A DNA stretch of 63,996 bases, the filler included, from Choristocarpus tenellus KU-1152 (Eukaryota > Protista > Phaeophyceae), in NCBI GenBank assembly GCA_964200185.2. It is 14 parts of 14 records of this genome, joined end to end, with 100 filler letters (N's around TTAATTAATTAA, not from the genome) between each part and the next. Parts side by side here need not be neighbours in the genome. Positions count along the whole stretch, not along the records: positions 27,993 to 43,487 come from CAXNAD020000988.1; positions 43,588 to 46,517 come from CAXNAD020023572.1; positions 46,618 to 51,245 come from CAXNAD020013731.1; positions 51,346 to 58,355 come from CAXNAD020006870.1; 10 more parts are not named here. One strand, written 5' to 3'. Position numbers and translations under genes: made by a program. Position 1 is the first letter of the stretch, and each line of letters starts with the position of its first letter. Of the stretch, positions 38,459 to 51,831 are shown piece by piece. The notes below the pieces were generated by a model. It saw only the letters and a program-made list of their open reading frames with translations, was not told the origin of the DNA and did not search any database.

Positions 38459-39050
38459 ACCAGTGCAAAAAGCATTGGGAATCACCAAGAAAAACCTTTC
38501 CACAATGTATCATTCAAGCCTCAAACAATACTGAGAACAGTGGTATGAAGAGTCCTTGCTCCAACTGGTTTGGTCTCAACCAAAATAATACCACCAAATA
38601 CAACAATACACCGCTGGAGAACCATATTTCTTCAAGGGAGGGAGGTAGAATGATCTGTAGCAGTACTACCAACCATCTTGATGATTTCAAAATATTCAAG
38701 TGATCGCTTCGATTTCTGGAGTTTCATAACCACAAACACACATACCTACTACATAGCACCCTAGAACGTAAAAAACATCTCAGCGAAAGTTCTACTATCC
38801 CAACAAGGAGACAGTGACAACCAGAGCACAATGCCGCTTGGAACAAGCGAGGCAATTGCTCCCGTTATGCTACACATAAGAACAAACAAATGGACACACA
38901 CACACACAAAAAAAAAAATAGCCAACGAAATATTTTGAGCGTTTTTTTTCTTGTGAAAGTAATGTAGCGCGTAAAAGATCCTGAAAATTCTAGAGAATAA
39001 AAAAAGTCAATCAAATAGACCCTGTTGCTCAGCTTCGAAAAAACATGAGG

Positions 39051-39309
39051 ACTTCAAAGTATCTTAGAGGGTAGAGCGGCGTCCAGTTGGGGGTCAAATT
39101 CCAATGTTCGATTTTGAAGTAATTTTGGCTATTGTGTTTTTCAGGAAGTAGTGTCAAGATCCTTGTTCCAGACACACCTCTTCATAACGTGTACATTTTA
39201 CCTACTCCAAAACGTTGCGGAGTGGGTAAATGTCATAAAAAAACAATAGAAGCCAAGTCCCTAACAGAGAAACAGGGCAAAACTCGTACCCTCTAAGATA
39301 CTTTCACTC
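39051..39309 (-). mobile_element. MITE family A copy
   Basis: CAAAGTATCTTAGAGGGTA..TACCCTCTAAGATACTTTCACTC; no clear TSD. Confidence 0.9.
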
Positions 39310-39662
39310 ACTCGCAAAAAAAAAGGAAAGGAAAAAGAATGTCCTTCTTCCGCAAATTTGGGAAAATTAAGAGAGAGTACACGCATAGTATCATTTGCGT
39401 ATCAAGCGGAATTCTTGGTATAGCCATGCATGGAAGGTATCGATGAGATTCGGGTTTATCTCGTACCTTTTTGTTGGTATCCAAGGCCTTAAATAAAGTA
39501 TGTATATATGAGGTCAGGTAGGTTTCTACGAACGAAATGTAATGACACCATTTTTGTTCCTCCTCTGTAGCATCCTGAAAAAAAAAAAAATCCGTGGTCT
39601 TCTCTGCAGTTTGGACATCTTTCCCTGTGGCGATCTGGCGCCATATAGTTCTTGATTCAATG

Positions 39663-39910
39663 TCTATTATTATATATATTATTATGCCCTATCAATTCTT
39701 GCAGATCTGTTACAGGCGGCCCACTCGCGCTATTCGCCTGTAACAGATCTGTCAGGGGAAATACCAATGAAAAGTCAATTCAATATCATAAGAACCCCTT
39801 GTAAAGAAACAGTTGTCGTAAATGTGGAAGATATCTTTCTATCATCTATTTACTTCTTTGACTACCAGCCATGCTATACCACTCAACTCCTCTGCCTCCA
39901 ACCTAGATTG
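39663..39910 (-). mobile_element. 5'-truncated copy of the CRE-like element tail
   Basis: TCTATTAT..TGTCAGGGGAAA..TTCAATATCA..TTGTAAA..TAAATG..AGATATCT matches the reverse complement of 13165-13285. Confidence 0.65.
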
Positions 39911-40831
39911 TAGCAAGTCTCCTGTTTTTCCTCGTATCAGAAATATTATTGCTCATCAAAATCCTACAACCTACTGAATGAAAAGAAAATTATGAATGTC
40001 ATACCGATTCCTCCCTGAATACTCGACATTATACCGCAACAGTACAGTGGAATACAATCCAGAGGATAGATTTCTGTTCAACTTAGCTTCCATTGCTATT
40101 TACAATTGAGCTACAGAACCAACTGATATCCGTCCATTTGTCGGCTAGGCCAGATAGGTTGCTCCAGAGATTTGGATTGGAAATAACTCCAGCGCTCAAA
40201 TCCGTACTAGGTGGTTGTTTCATTAATATTATTACTACGAAGTATGGAAGAGTTTCAAATCCACCCACTACGGTGAGAAATGGAACATAACTTACGCGTA
40301 TTCGCATAGTTCCTTGAAGTGGAACTAGAGCAGCTCCCAGGATTTCGATGTCCACAGATGGATAGCTGGCTACTATTGTGCATCACATGGTGACATGTGT
40401 GGTCAATTTTTGCACAAGTTTTTTTGAAGTTAAATCCCTGAAACGCTCGGTAGTTGTTCCGATTTCCGCCCGTACAACCTGTGCATGCATCCCCTATGCT
40501 CGCTCAAACTCTGGGTACCCCCCAAGTGTAACAATAGTTCAGTCCACGCTCCAGTGCAAAACTTGAAGCCTACCAAAATGTACATATATGTCTATTGCCA
40601 TTTACTGTAGAACCACCTTTCATTAATTTCGAAGATATGCTCACTGGTTGGTTTCACACACAATCATGCACCTACTGCCTCCATTCTTCAATTCACATGG
40701 ATGCTCTCTCCAGCACAAAGGTTAGTCCTTGATCCTAAACCAATCTTATTTTTTCCCTACCCTGTATATCTTCCCCTCATACATGCTGTGGCCCTCTTTT
40801 CCTGTTATCCTTTCACAGCTCAATCATCACA

Positions 40832-41091
40832 GAGTGATAGTATATTAGAGGGTACAAGTGTTTCCCTGTTTGTCCGTTAGGGGCTTGACTTCCCATGCTT
40901 TTGTTTTATGACATTTTCCTACTCCAAAATGTTTTGGGGTAGGTAAAATGACTATGTTTTAAAAAGATGTGTCCGGAATAAGGATATTGACACTCTCTAA
41001 TAAACACGACAGTCAAAATTACATCAAAATCGCAACATTGGATTTTGACCCCCAAATGGACGCAGCTCTACCCTCTAAGATACTTTGGCTC
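40832..41091 (+). mobile_element. MITE family A copy
   Basis: GAG..CTC termini; perfect TSD CACA. Confidence 0.93.
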
Positions 41092-42058
41092 CACACCCAA
41101 CATAAAGGCATTTGCACTTTTCACTGGAACATCGTCAACCCTGCAGGTATTTTGGATCATTGGAGGTCCTAGGACGACCTTCCAAAAACTATGGTAAACT
41201 GTCCAACTGGGTTCCAACAACAACATAACGTGTGATGCAGGTCTTTCTCAGTCAGATGGGTTGTTTCTTGGGAGTTGAACAAGGTGTATTACTGTCATCA
41301 TCTCTCAACTCGATGGAACTCTTCAGGATCAGCTATGAATCCGTGGGAAACGACTTAACCTTGATGACATACTAGGAGTAGCTGAGCATGTCTTCAACAT
41401 CATTAATGTTGTCTTGTGGGTGAGTCGTGATAGTGACTCATTTCACTCAAGGGTGTGGACGATAGCAAGGTGTCTGATAGCCCAACATTTGGGTCCACTT
41501 CCTCCAACCGTCTCTCTCTTTTTATAACTCCTCCTACCTGCCCACACACAACAATTTTTTGGCATTTCCTAACAGTTAAAACTATCCACTGACTTGCTTC
41601 TACCGATAGCTACTGTGATCGTCAATATGGTGTACTAAAATGTTTTTGTGGTATCTTACATGTTTTGAGGGACATATTTTTTTTGTGACAAGTTACTTTA
41701 TGTGACCCGAGAAAATGACGACCAGAATCCTACAGCTGAGCAAATTGAAGGCGCTTATTTAAGTTAGGAAGGATCGATTTCACAATGCCACTGCGAAGAG
41801 ATTTTGTGGAGGAGTGGAACTTCACATTGCAAAAAAGTGTCACAGAGCCAATCACCTCACCGAACCCTTGCTGTGCAGATCCATGTAAGTTCAAAATAAC
41901 AGGTAAAATAATAAATGCCAAAGGTTATTGAAATAACTAGGCGTTCTTTCCGTTCAAAACACTCTTTTTCTCGTTTTACAGTACAATTCTCAACAAGGGC
42001 AAATATAGCGAATACAAATGTGCTAAAAACACAACCTTAAGAACACCATCCGGTGAGA

Positions 42059-42312
42059 GAGTAAAAGTATCGTAGAGGGTACGGGTTTTTCCCTCTTTGT
42101 CCATTTAGGGCTTGACTTCCCATGGGTTTTCAATGACATTTTTCCTACTCCAAAATGTTTCGAAGTTAGTAAAATGTTTACGTTATGGAAAGGAGTGTCC
42201 AGAACGCTGATATTGACATCTCCAAACATGATAGCCAAAATTACATCAAAATTGCGACATTGGATTTGACCCTCAAATGGACACGGCACTACCCTCTAAG
42301 ATACTTTGAATC
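42059..42312 (+). mobile_element. MITE family A copy
   Basis: Both TIRs present; perfect TSD GAGA. Confidence 0.93.
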
Positions 42313-43739
42313 GAGATCACCTACAGCAAGAGGGTAGGAGCCAAACCAATTTAGAGGTGGGCAGGTTTGGATCCTTTTGCATTGTAAGCCATTTTTTTTG
42401 CCCTTTGCAGTGCCCTCTATTTCATTGCTTGATGCACACAACAGTGTATGCAAAACTGATATTTCCCTTTTCCACGAAGCCAAGTAAACGAGAGGTACCC
42501 AGGTTTTGCCCGTTTTGCATTTTAAGTCAGTTGTAACATCTTTTGCAGTTCACCCGTATTTCTATGGATGAAGTACCAGGTTTGACTGGAGAGGGTAAAT
42601 TTACCTGTTGTTTGAGATATTTTTCGACAAAGTTCAGAAAACATCCTATGCGCATTTGTAAAAAAAACGACTTTTGCACATATTTTGACAGCATCCTTAA
42701 TTATATATCTCTGGGTACCTTCCGCTTACTTCGACTGACACGTAAAAATGACACCACAATTCAGCAAAGGCTCTTTCTGTAATTCTACAAAATGACATAT
42801 TCTTGCCCTTTCTCAGGATCCTTAAAATGCAAACCCGTCACATCAAGTTCGTTCGACTCGTATATATCGTAATACATAAAATATCTGCACAAGAAGAGAT
42901 AGATTTAATAGTTGTGCACGGCAATTAGTGCCTGGGGCAGTAGTGAAACGATGACAAACATTGAGACTTTTCTTCTTCCTGAGTGTACTACATTTAATGC
43001 TGTAGGTCTCTGGAGTATAGACAAGTACAGTAACAGTTGCACCATAGGGCCCCGTATATAAAGAGTGGTTGGTGATACTGCTCGCAGCAAATTCCCCCCG
43101 GGGGTGTGTTGCCATTGTGGTCAGGAATTCTTTGCTCAAATTTCGGGTTCTCTCGCACAAAAATTAGTGTTATCGCGACTGTATCTTGTCTTTCTTGGTG
43201 AAACCAGGTCGTATTTAATCTAAGAGAAAGTTAGGGACGAAGCGATGCTCACTTGCGGAACTGGGGTGCATAGGTGATATTTCTAGTACCTTTGATCTAA
43301 TATAGTTCAAAGAGAGGCTGTCATATCCTGCCTGACCCAGTTGACGGGAGTGTTCGTAAAATATCTCAAGAAGTCGAGATAGAGGACATGTGTCGCAGGA
43401 ACACTTCTCTGCATTGTTCCAGGCTTTTGTTAAAGTATCCCCAAAATCATCAAAGAACATAAAGGTGATAAACCTGGCGAGATTGCTNNNNNNNNNNNNN
43501 NNNNNNNNNNNNNNNNNNNNNNNNNNNNNNNTTAATTAATTAANNNNNNNNNNNNNNNNNNNNNNNNNNNNNNNNNNNNNNNNNNNNGCAAGTGCTATCA
43601 AGGATTAGACTTATATTATTCATGACCCACTCAGCATCTGATTATTGCCTGTCCTATGCCCCCCAAGCACAAAGCATACTCGAGGCTGCTAGTGCATAAA
43701 ACAGGCAATGAAAAAAATGAAGTTAAATAAATAAAGAAG

Positions 43740-44140
43740 GGCCAATGAGAGCAACAAATAGTAGTAATAATAAATAAAGAGAAACAAAAGAAATAAAAAT
43801 AAAATAAACTGAAAATAGATGCAAAATAAATAAAAACTAACAACAGATAAAATAATTAATAAAACAATATGTGGAAACTGAATAAAAAAGAAAATAAAGT
43901 TTAAAAAAAGAACAAAAAAGTAAGAAAAAAGAAAATAAAAAAGTCAGTAAATAAGAAGAGTAACAACTATGAAGAAAAATAAAAATAAATTTCAGGGGAG
44001 GATGGGATGAAAACTAAAAATAAATAAACATTAGAAAAACAGAAGTGAGATATAGAAGATAAAAAAATAGAGAATTCAAGATCACAGAGAGTTGTTACAA
44101 CATAGAAAAGAGGAAAATAAACAAATAAAAATAAAAAAGT
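43740..44140. repeat. A-rich low-complexity tract
   Basis: Strong A/purine skew on the + strand; no clear unit. Confidence 0.8.
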
Positions 44141-44799
44141 AGTGAGTTCAGTGTTTATATTTTCTAAGGACTTCAGCCTATTCAAACCAATGTATATTAA
44201 TGTGTGCTCTAATGTGGACAGCTTCATTTTAACTTCTGCTGTCTCATATTCCTGTCAGTGGCTATAATTTTCACTGCCTTAATCTCTTGTTCTATCATGT
44301 ACCGGCTGAACCTCACCTTGTCCTTCAGACATACAGTTGTTACCTGCTGGGAGGTTTTCAGGAGAAGGCATTCATCTCTCTCCTGCCGAATTCCTCCTTA
44401 CCTCCATCCATATCCTCCAGTGGGGTGACTTGAACTCAAAAACTGGACCCTTTATCCTACCGGTCTCTTCAGCTTTCATCCTTCCACAATGTTTGACACT
44501 AGTACCAATAGGGAAGAGACGCAACACATCCTCTCAGGGCAAAAATTGTTCTTGGGTGGGAACATTAGTTGGGCATGATCTTATGTTAGGGTTGTGAAGG
44601 TCCTAGAAAGCATGATAAACATCCAACAGTAGTAAGGTAAAGCTGTTCATTTCTTCTGTTTTGTTACTTAGTCTGACAGTTGTCCATCTTAGACCTCTTC
44701 TTTGTATTACAATGTCATTTGCTAAGGTCTGACAGGGGTACATTGTTACTGCTCGATCTAAGTGTTGGAATGTAGACAAAATGCACCCATGGTGACAGT

Positions 44800-46140
44800 G
44801 GTGATGGTTGGGAGCATTGACGTTCTCTAAATGGCAGTTCCCTCTAGTGTTGTCTACAAAATGTTGCTCCTAAAGTAATTTCGTAAGGCAGCCCCACCAT
44901 TATCCTAAAAGCCATATTGCGCACTTTTTCTTTGGGAAAAACACTATTGGAAGTTTTCATGACCTCAATACTAGCATTGGTGGAATATTGCACCCTCTGG
45001 TACCTTTGCCTGCCATGTTGAGCTGTGGTAAGCAATTTTCACAAAAATAGGTGAGACCTGCACCTGTGTCAAGGAGTACCTGGACAAGCATTCTCAAGCG
45101 GACTCTGCGTGGGTGACATAGCAGGGCATATATCGATACTTGGCTAGTACCACAGGCCGGTGTCATGGTGAATATTATCGAGGTGGAAATGAAAGTCTAA
45201 ATGTCTATAGTTGGAGTGATATGACTGGAAACTCAGTCTCCATGGTGTAACTTCAAGACGACTCTGCAGCGTCCGAATCGGTTGGGCTTCCCGCGAATAG
45301 TGGAGGGAGTTTCGAGTCTTGCATCGCTGCTAGGTATCAGAGATGCGTTTCTATTAAGGCTAACATTGTATGAGGCTCTGCAGTTGATTTTTTACCCGGA
45401 GGTCCTTGGTGGGTTCCCGAAAGGTATGGGAGGATTCCCCTGGGAACTAACGAGTAGTTTTATATATACCTGCACTCGTCAGTTATGGACGTGAAGCAGT
45501 CTTGACTACAGGCATGATGAAAGCATACTCGGTGTGCCTTTAGTCGTATATCGACTTCGTCCTGGGAGGCAGATGACAGAGGTAAGCCTCTGCCTGAATC
45601 ATGTCGACTTCTATCGCTTGCCCTGTCTGTGGCTTAGAGCAAGTGGGGATCAAAGCACAGGCTGGGGAACGGATGTGACTGGCCGAACGGGTTTTGATGC
45701 ATTGCTTTTTGCGAACGAACGAGGTACCGTGTTTGCTGGGAACGGAGGAAGGTTCAGTATTTAAGGCTCCACAGACAGCGGGCGAGGAGTTCCGGGTTAA
45801 AACAGGTTGAAGCATTGGTGCAAGGGCTGCCAGTACACGGTTGACAACCTCTCTGTATAAACGTGAAGTTTGGCTTGATACCTATTCGTGCATGGAGTTC
45901 CTGTTGTGGTGATATAGTCCTGGTTTCTGCCTGACGATCAGGGTTTCGGCTGAGGCAGCGGAAGGGTGTGGCATGATAGCAAACGAGCACATCTACCATC
46001 TACCCAAACCAGTGTAAGTCTCTTCTCCTTGTACAATGCAGGTTTTGCAGCATCTTGATTGGCTGGGATAATAGGTCGCTTCGATTGGATAACTCTATTA
46101 TGAGATCATCAATAATCCGTTAAGAGATTACTCCCTGAAA
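44800..46140 (-). mobile_element. Decayed Ty3/Gypsy-like gag-protease region
   Basis: Retropepsin active site VQVLLDTGAGLTYF (DTG at 45070-45062), with disrupted gag-like sequence upstream. Confidence 0.55.
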
Positions 46141-46251
46141 TTCCTAGTACAGTACCTACCCCGATTTTGTTCACCCATGGGTATGCCCTATAAAAGCGGC
46201 ACAGAATCTATACAGTATAATATCGATTTTGTAGTAATTAGGGTTACGATT

Positions 46252-46392
46252 AGCTGGGAATCAATCGTCGAAGCAACTAATTAATCGTGGTGAGCTGGGA
46301 AATCAATCGTCGAAGCGACTGCTTAATCGTGGTGAGCTGGAAAATCAATTGTCGAAGCGACTGCTTAATCGTAGTGAGCTGGGAAATCAATC
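46252..46392. repeat. 42-bp tandem repeat, ~3.4 copies
   Basis: AGCTGGGAAATCAATCGTCGAAGCGACTGCTTAATCGTGGTG units at 46252, 46293, 46335 and 46377. Confidence 0.92.
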
Positions 46393-49300
46393 ATAATCTT
46401 CATGGGTAGGATGGAAACGATTACGAGCGCTTCTTTTTAATGATGTTTATTTGTTAATGATCATCTCCCGCCTCGCCGTAAGGAAGGAAAATACTGTATG
46501 CACCTTCTACCTCAGAGNNNNNNNNNNNNNNNNNNNNNNNNNNNNNNNNNNNNNNNNNNNNTTAATTAATTAANNNNNNNNNNNNNNNNNNNNNNNNNNN
46601 NNNNNNNNNNNNNNNNNACACAATCTAGAGCACAAGAATGCATCTGATATTCATGCAGAAAAATGGAGATGTTCCTGAAAAAAAAAAAAAACACACACAC
46701 ACACACAAGAGACTGATATATTCATTGAATAGGTAGGGGATCCTCCAGGGAAAGTGCATTCTATAGGAGCAATATGTCCTTTAAGTCACTCTGTTGGCTT
46801 TTATGTGTGTATTTCAGACCGCGTTCCCTGCCTCCTCAATTATATTGTTGTTTATCACTTTAAGCAATTCAACATTACACTTGCCAGTACAATAATTTTA
46901 TTGTTGTTGTGAAGTCAAGAGTAAATATTCTTACTGTAATGTTATTTACTAGAGTAAAAGAGTAAATATTCGCACGTTTCTGGGAATGTTATTCGATCGC
47001 TTGATTTTTTTGTGCGCGCTCCCTAAGATACAACTACATAGTAGCCCCTCAATGATTTTTTTTTTGCAGTTGACTGCCTACATGCGGTCACTGTTTTGTA
47101 TACGTCACCAAGCTGTACGATATCTTTTAAACAAATCTACAGGTATAACCAGTCTGACGGATGGTATTTTTGTTATTTTTTCTCATAATATCTTCAAATA
47201 AACAAATAAACACAAGGACAAAAAAGAATGGGGGGGTATTATGGAAGTTCTAGGAGGCCACTGCTTCATTCTGGTGATAGCTACTTACATATCCATTGCT
47301 ACGGTTATGTTATTTTTATTTTTTGGGTTGCTACAGTTATCAGGGAAGGGTATCCCTTCCAAACGTTGCATTGTCCCTTTTTACCTACACATTTGAACTC
47401 TTTTTTCTTTTCTGATTATCATCCTTCATATTCTCGTCTATATATGCTTTTATGTGAAGAACGACCCCATCATAATTTATCAAGGCTGGACTGGTGGCTG
47501 ACTGGTGCCTGTGTTCCATGCGCATGAGCATGCATACACTGAGAATATGTGAAAATAAACAATGGGTGCTCTCAGTCGACTGATCCAGTGTAAGTTAGGG
47601 CGTTGGTCTGATAAGCATGACAACAATCCACATAGCTTTGTTCATAGTGAATGCTACAGTTACGTTCTCTTCGAGTCTGACTGGCTGGTTTAGGGTTGGG
47701 GTTGGGATTAGGGCTAGGGTGACCTTTTCCAACATTGTGTCTACAAGAAGAACATGTGCTCAAATGACAAGTGGAACATGCCACCCATTCCAGTTTATGC
47801 TTGGAATACAGAGAGGGTCAGAGGTGTTTGACAAAAGAGTTACGTGACTATCCACCCAGCCAACTTTGTTTCCATCAACAGCTGACTGTATTGATTTCTA
47901 TTATTTGTAATATTTATATTATATCTACTATATATATTCACTGCGATCAGTACCATGACCATTATCACTCTCACACCTTAGACAACATATTGCTCCCAAA
48001 ACAAAACTTCCCATTTTAGAGTTGTACGCGACAGATCATTTGTTGGGACAGTTGATGCTATTGAACAAGCAACTGTAGGCATTGTCCTGGTGAACAGACC
48101 TTGCAGACTGAGTTGACTCAAGTATTTGCCGAACAACATATGTTATAGATCAATAACCCTGAACTATGTCCTGGAAAATGTATGTTATGGAGGAAATGGG
48201 GCCAAGTGTTTGCAGGATATCGGAAACTGTAGAGAAAATGGGCTTGAGCATTTGCTGGACAATAGTTGCTGTGAGCGAGGTACAAACAGACATACCTACA
48301 CCAGACTACATATATTGCATTTATTCTTTTATGGTAAAATTACTCCATTTCTCACTTTCTCTACTCCAAATAGATCAAACTAATGCATGAAACATATGTG
48401 AAATTCAGAATTTCACAGAATGAAAATGAAGCAATTTGAACCAATTGTTTATCTGAAAAAGAGACATTGTAGAGTGAATGGGCTCAAATGTTGTTGGCAA
48501 AAAGATGAGAGTACAAGCCCAGAGGCTGTTCTTGTAAGGGTTGGCCTCAGCTTCTCTCCTGGATATCTTTGTCAAGAATCAACACAATACGCTCTTCCTC
48601 TTCAGTGATTTGTCAGGCATTGATGTTCTTGCAAACCTTATATTTTCCTCCACTTCTTAAACCGATATTGAGCTCTTCATTTTACCACTAGCCCCCTAGC
48701 TCTGTATCTCGTCATCTAGAACAAAACAGTTACATGAGATATGAGCGTCTATTACTATTTATACGCTTTTTTCCCATTCACGATACATATACATCCCATT
48801 CATGATCCACAGGCAAGCTGAGAGACCTGTTGGAGAAACTATCTCACCATCTCCTGGGAGTTCTATGATGATGTTTGTGGAGGGTGGGCAACATTGTAGC
48901 AATGAGCCTCTCCTCAAGAATCAACCTGGAACATTAAGACTTGATGTGAATGGGGGCATTTGCATCCCATACAGCCCACAGGGAAGGAGGGGGTCTCTGA
49001 TGACACAAACGCTGTCAGCTCCTCCGCCAAGTGCTCCCCAAATGATCCGAACAAGTTCTGCAACTTGGGGGAGAGGACAGATGCGCCAGAGTTCACTTCG
49101 TGCAGACCCTGACATGTATTGGTAGAGCGGTCCGTTGTTTGCCATGCAAAGAATGCCAAAAAACACTTTTTGGTTATCACATGCTCCCCAAGTACTTGGG
49201 GCAGAGTATGCCATCGATAGAATGGATTGTACACATCAAAACAATTTAATTGTTATTGAGAGTAATAGTTGCAATAAAACAACAGTACCAATAATGAATG

Positions 49301-50889
49301 GGAATAATGAGAACAAGAAACAAAGTACTACAAACACTTCACAGTATCATAACAATGTAGAGCACATCACAGTAGGTCTTATTGTGGGCTATGAATGTTG
49401 CTGAGGCACAACAAGCAATAAAGAAGAGGTCAAGTTTAGGGATGGATTAGCTGTGTCCTTATCCCAAACCCTAACCCTAGCACAGTTGCTTCTTATCATC
49501 CAGAAGGAAAAGTAAGTCTGCTGTAGCGGTCCCTCTCTAGGAATTACATCAAAGTATACAATATGTGCTGAGTATATTCAGTAACTATTATAGCTAGTAC
49601 TCAGTATTCCAGGGGGACTTAAATGCACACCTACTCTGTGAGTAGAAGTCTAAATTTCCATGGCATGGACCGACTATTGTTCATACACTAATATCACGTG
49701 AGAGCATGAAATACTTTACAACTGCCATGTCCTGCGTATCAAATGTTCCTCCGTTAAAAAGGGGTGTATCAATTAGAAACATTGTACTTCTTTAAGATGT
49801 GAAGCACCTAATTTTTCCTTTTGGGACACTTGGCCCTACTTCTTGAGGTAAAATAAGATACATTCCGGACTAGCGAGGTACAAATGAAGGAGTCAATACA
49901 TGAGGGGGGCAATGATCGCCATTACCTCAATTTTCCTTTATTTGTTTTTGCTTAAGCCATATTTCTACTTCAGTATTTTCTATGCCTCTCTCTTCCTGTA
50001 CTATCTTTCTGACTAATGGTAGGAATCAAATGGTGTGATGATGACAATAATATTACAAACTTACAACTACCACAATGAGCTATTGCATGCCTCATCTTAC
50101 CTGATTTTACAGAGAGTGAACTCTTCAGCTTTGTGCTTCTTTGCAAACATCAGTGCCCCCTCGGCTTGTCTTGTACGACCAGGGGCAGTAGAAAATACCT
50201 AGAATTACATGGGCAGAGAGGAGATGACGACCATACCTTAGGATTTCCTGCATCTTCCCCTATGTTGAATGAGGAATTGACCGGATCTCTATCACTGAAG
50301 TATGTGAGATTATTGCACATCGACATCACTTCCTTGAACTTGTTCATTTTCACGTTTCTTGTAAGAAGATATTGATATACATGTAAAATAATTGGAACTC
50401 AATGCATTCTAATTATTGATTTTTGATGTTAATCAATATTTGGCTACATTCTTGTACCTTGATCAAGGATTTCTTATTGCTCTCTCTTATCTTGTGCATA
50501 TTGTGGGTTTGGCAATTGCTGTTGTATACACTCTAGGTGGAGTAACACAACTTCTTCTAGAGTAGTTTTCCGTTCTACTATTGTTATCATTCTTGATGTA
50601 CAGGTACATGAAATGGTACCACAGTAGTGGACTACATTTACTTTGTTTTGCTCACGAATTCTGGATTCATATTAATTATCCTTTTGCTATCATTGCACCC
50701 ATTCTACTACTCGTCCCCCATTGTATCGCCACCGGTGACAACCAGTGCAACCAACCTTTGCCACCAGTTTCCAGTCACCAACGAATGCAGCCAATTTCCG
50801 TGAATCCATCCAACTTCATCCTCACCACTTTCCATCACTTTCCCCTCCACCACACTATCCAACACCACTCAATTGGGTACTGTGTGCCA

Positions 50890-51240
50890 AAAAATGAAGG
50901 TTATGGCATATTTAAAGCCTTGTTTGAAAGCACAATACGATCTGTACACTGTTCCAGTAGAGAAATTTCATCTCTCCCTGCAGAAGTAGCGTGTATGACA
51001 AAGCAATTAGGCAAAGTAAACGATGTAATTGTGAGGGTCTTTCTGAATGATTCGATCCCTCAAAATGTTTTTCGTTGAGTGTCCAGTGTATGTACTTATG
51101 ATGACAAAACACTTTTCAATATCCATGTTAAGCGTGCACATTTTGTACAATATATGAAGGGGCAAATGCGTGGGCCTCAACTCAACCTCTGGAACCAGCA
51201 TGCCAGATCCCCCCTCTGGAATGTAAGCTCACAGTCAGCA
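50890..51240 (-). pseudogene. Possible PIF1/Helitron helicase remnant
   Basis: LPLHIL..NMDIEK and a later DRIVL resemble Helitron helicase C-terminal motifs, but across different frames; weak. Confidence 0.25.
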
Positions 51241-51345
51241 GATCCNNNNNNNNNNNNNNNNNNNNNNNNNNNNNNNNNNNNNNNNNNNNTTAATTAATTA
51301 ANNNNNNNNNNNNNNNNNNNNNNNNNNNNNNNNNNNNNNNNNNNN

Positions 51346-51513
51346 GTACACCGTACACGAATGAGGTACACCGTACACGAATGAGGTACACCGTACACGA
51401 ATGAGGTACACCGTACACGAATGAGGTACAACGTACACGAATGAGGTACAACGTTACACGAATGAGGTACAACGTACACGAATGAGGTATAACGTACACG
51501 AATGAGGTACACC
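51346..51513. repeat. 20-bp minisatellite (8+ copies) at contig start
   Basis: GTACACCGTACACGAATGAG x4 perfect, then GTACAACG.. variants; no spacers. Confidence 0.95.
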
Positions 51514-51831
51514 TCAACCGGACCCACGACACTTCCCTCACACAAAAAAAAGGCAAGGTCTCGTCCCGGCAAAGGGTATAGCCGAGGTCCTCTCTCACAC
51601 AGAGCACTTAAGGTACTAAAGTATGCCCCCCATATACGACAGGAGGTAAAACCACTCCATCTACACTCTTTAAAACACCTATATATATACATACATACAT
51701 ACATACTTCACGCATCTCCCAACTGAACACCTAAAGGAAGACATCAACCAATCACTCAATACAGGGTACATTGCACCCCATACAGCACATTGGCTGTTCA
51801 CCTCGTTCGCCTCAATCCGCATCTATCTCAC

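Noticed and set aside
42843-43460. Possible viral or TE-derived coding remnant
   Set aside because: No diagnostic motif; needs a tBLASTx or HMM search.
47760-50300. Possible + strand exons (~48020, 48813-49115, 50113-50299)
   Set aside because: No recognisable domain; phases not established.
51346-51513. CRISPR-like periodicity (also 46252-46392 and 31861-32137)
   Set aside because: Head-to-tail units without unique spacers, no cas genes, eukaryotic context.
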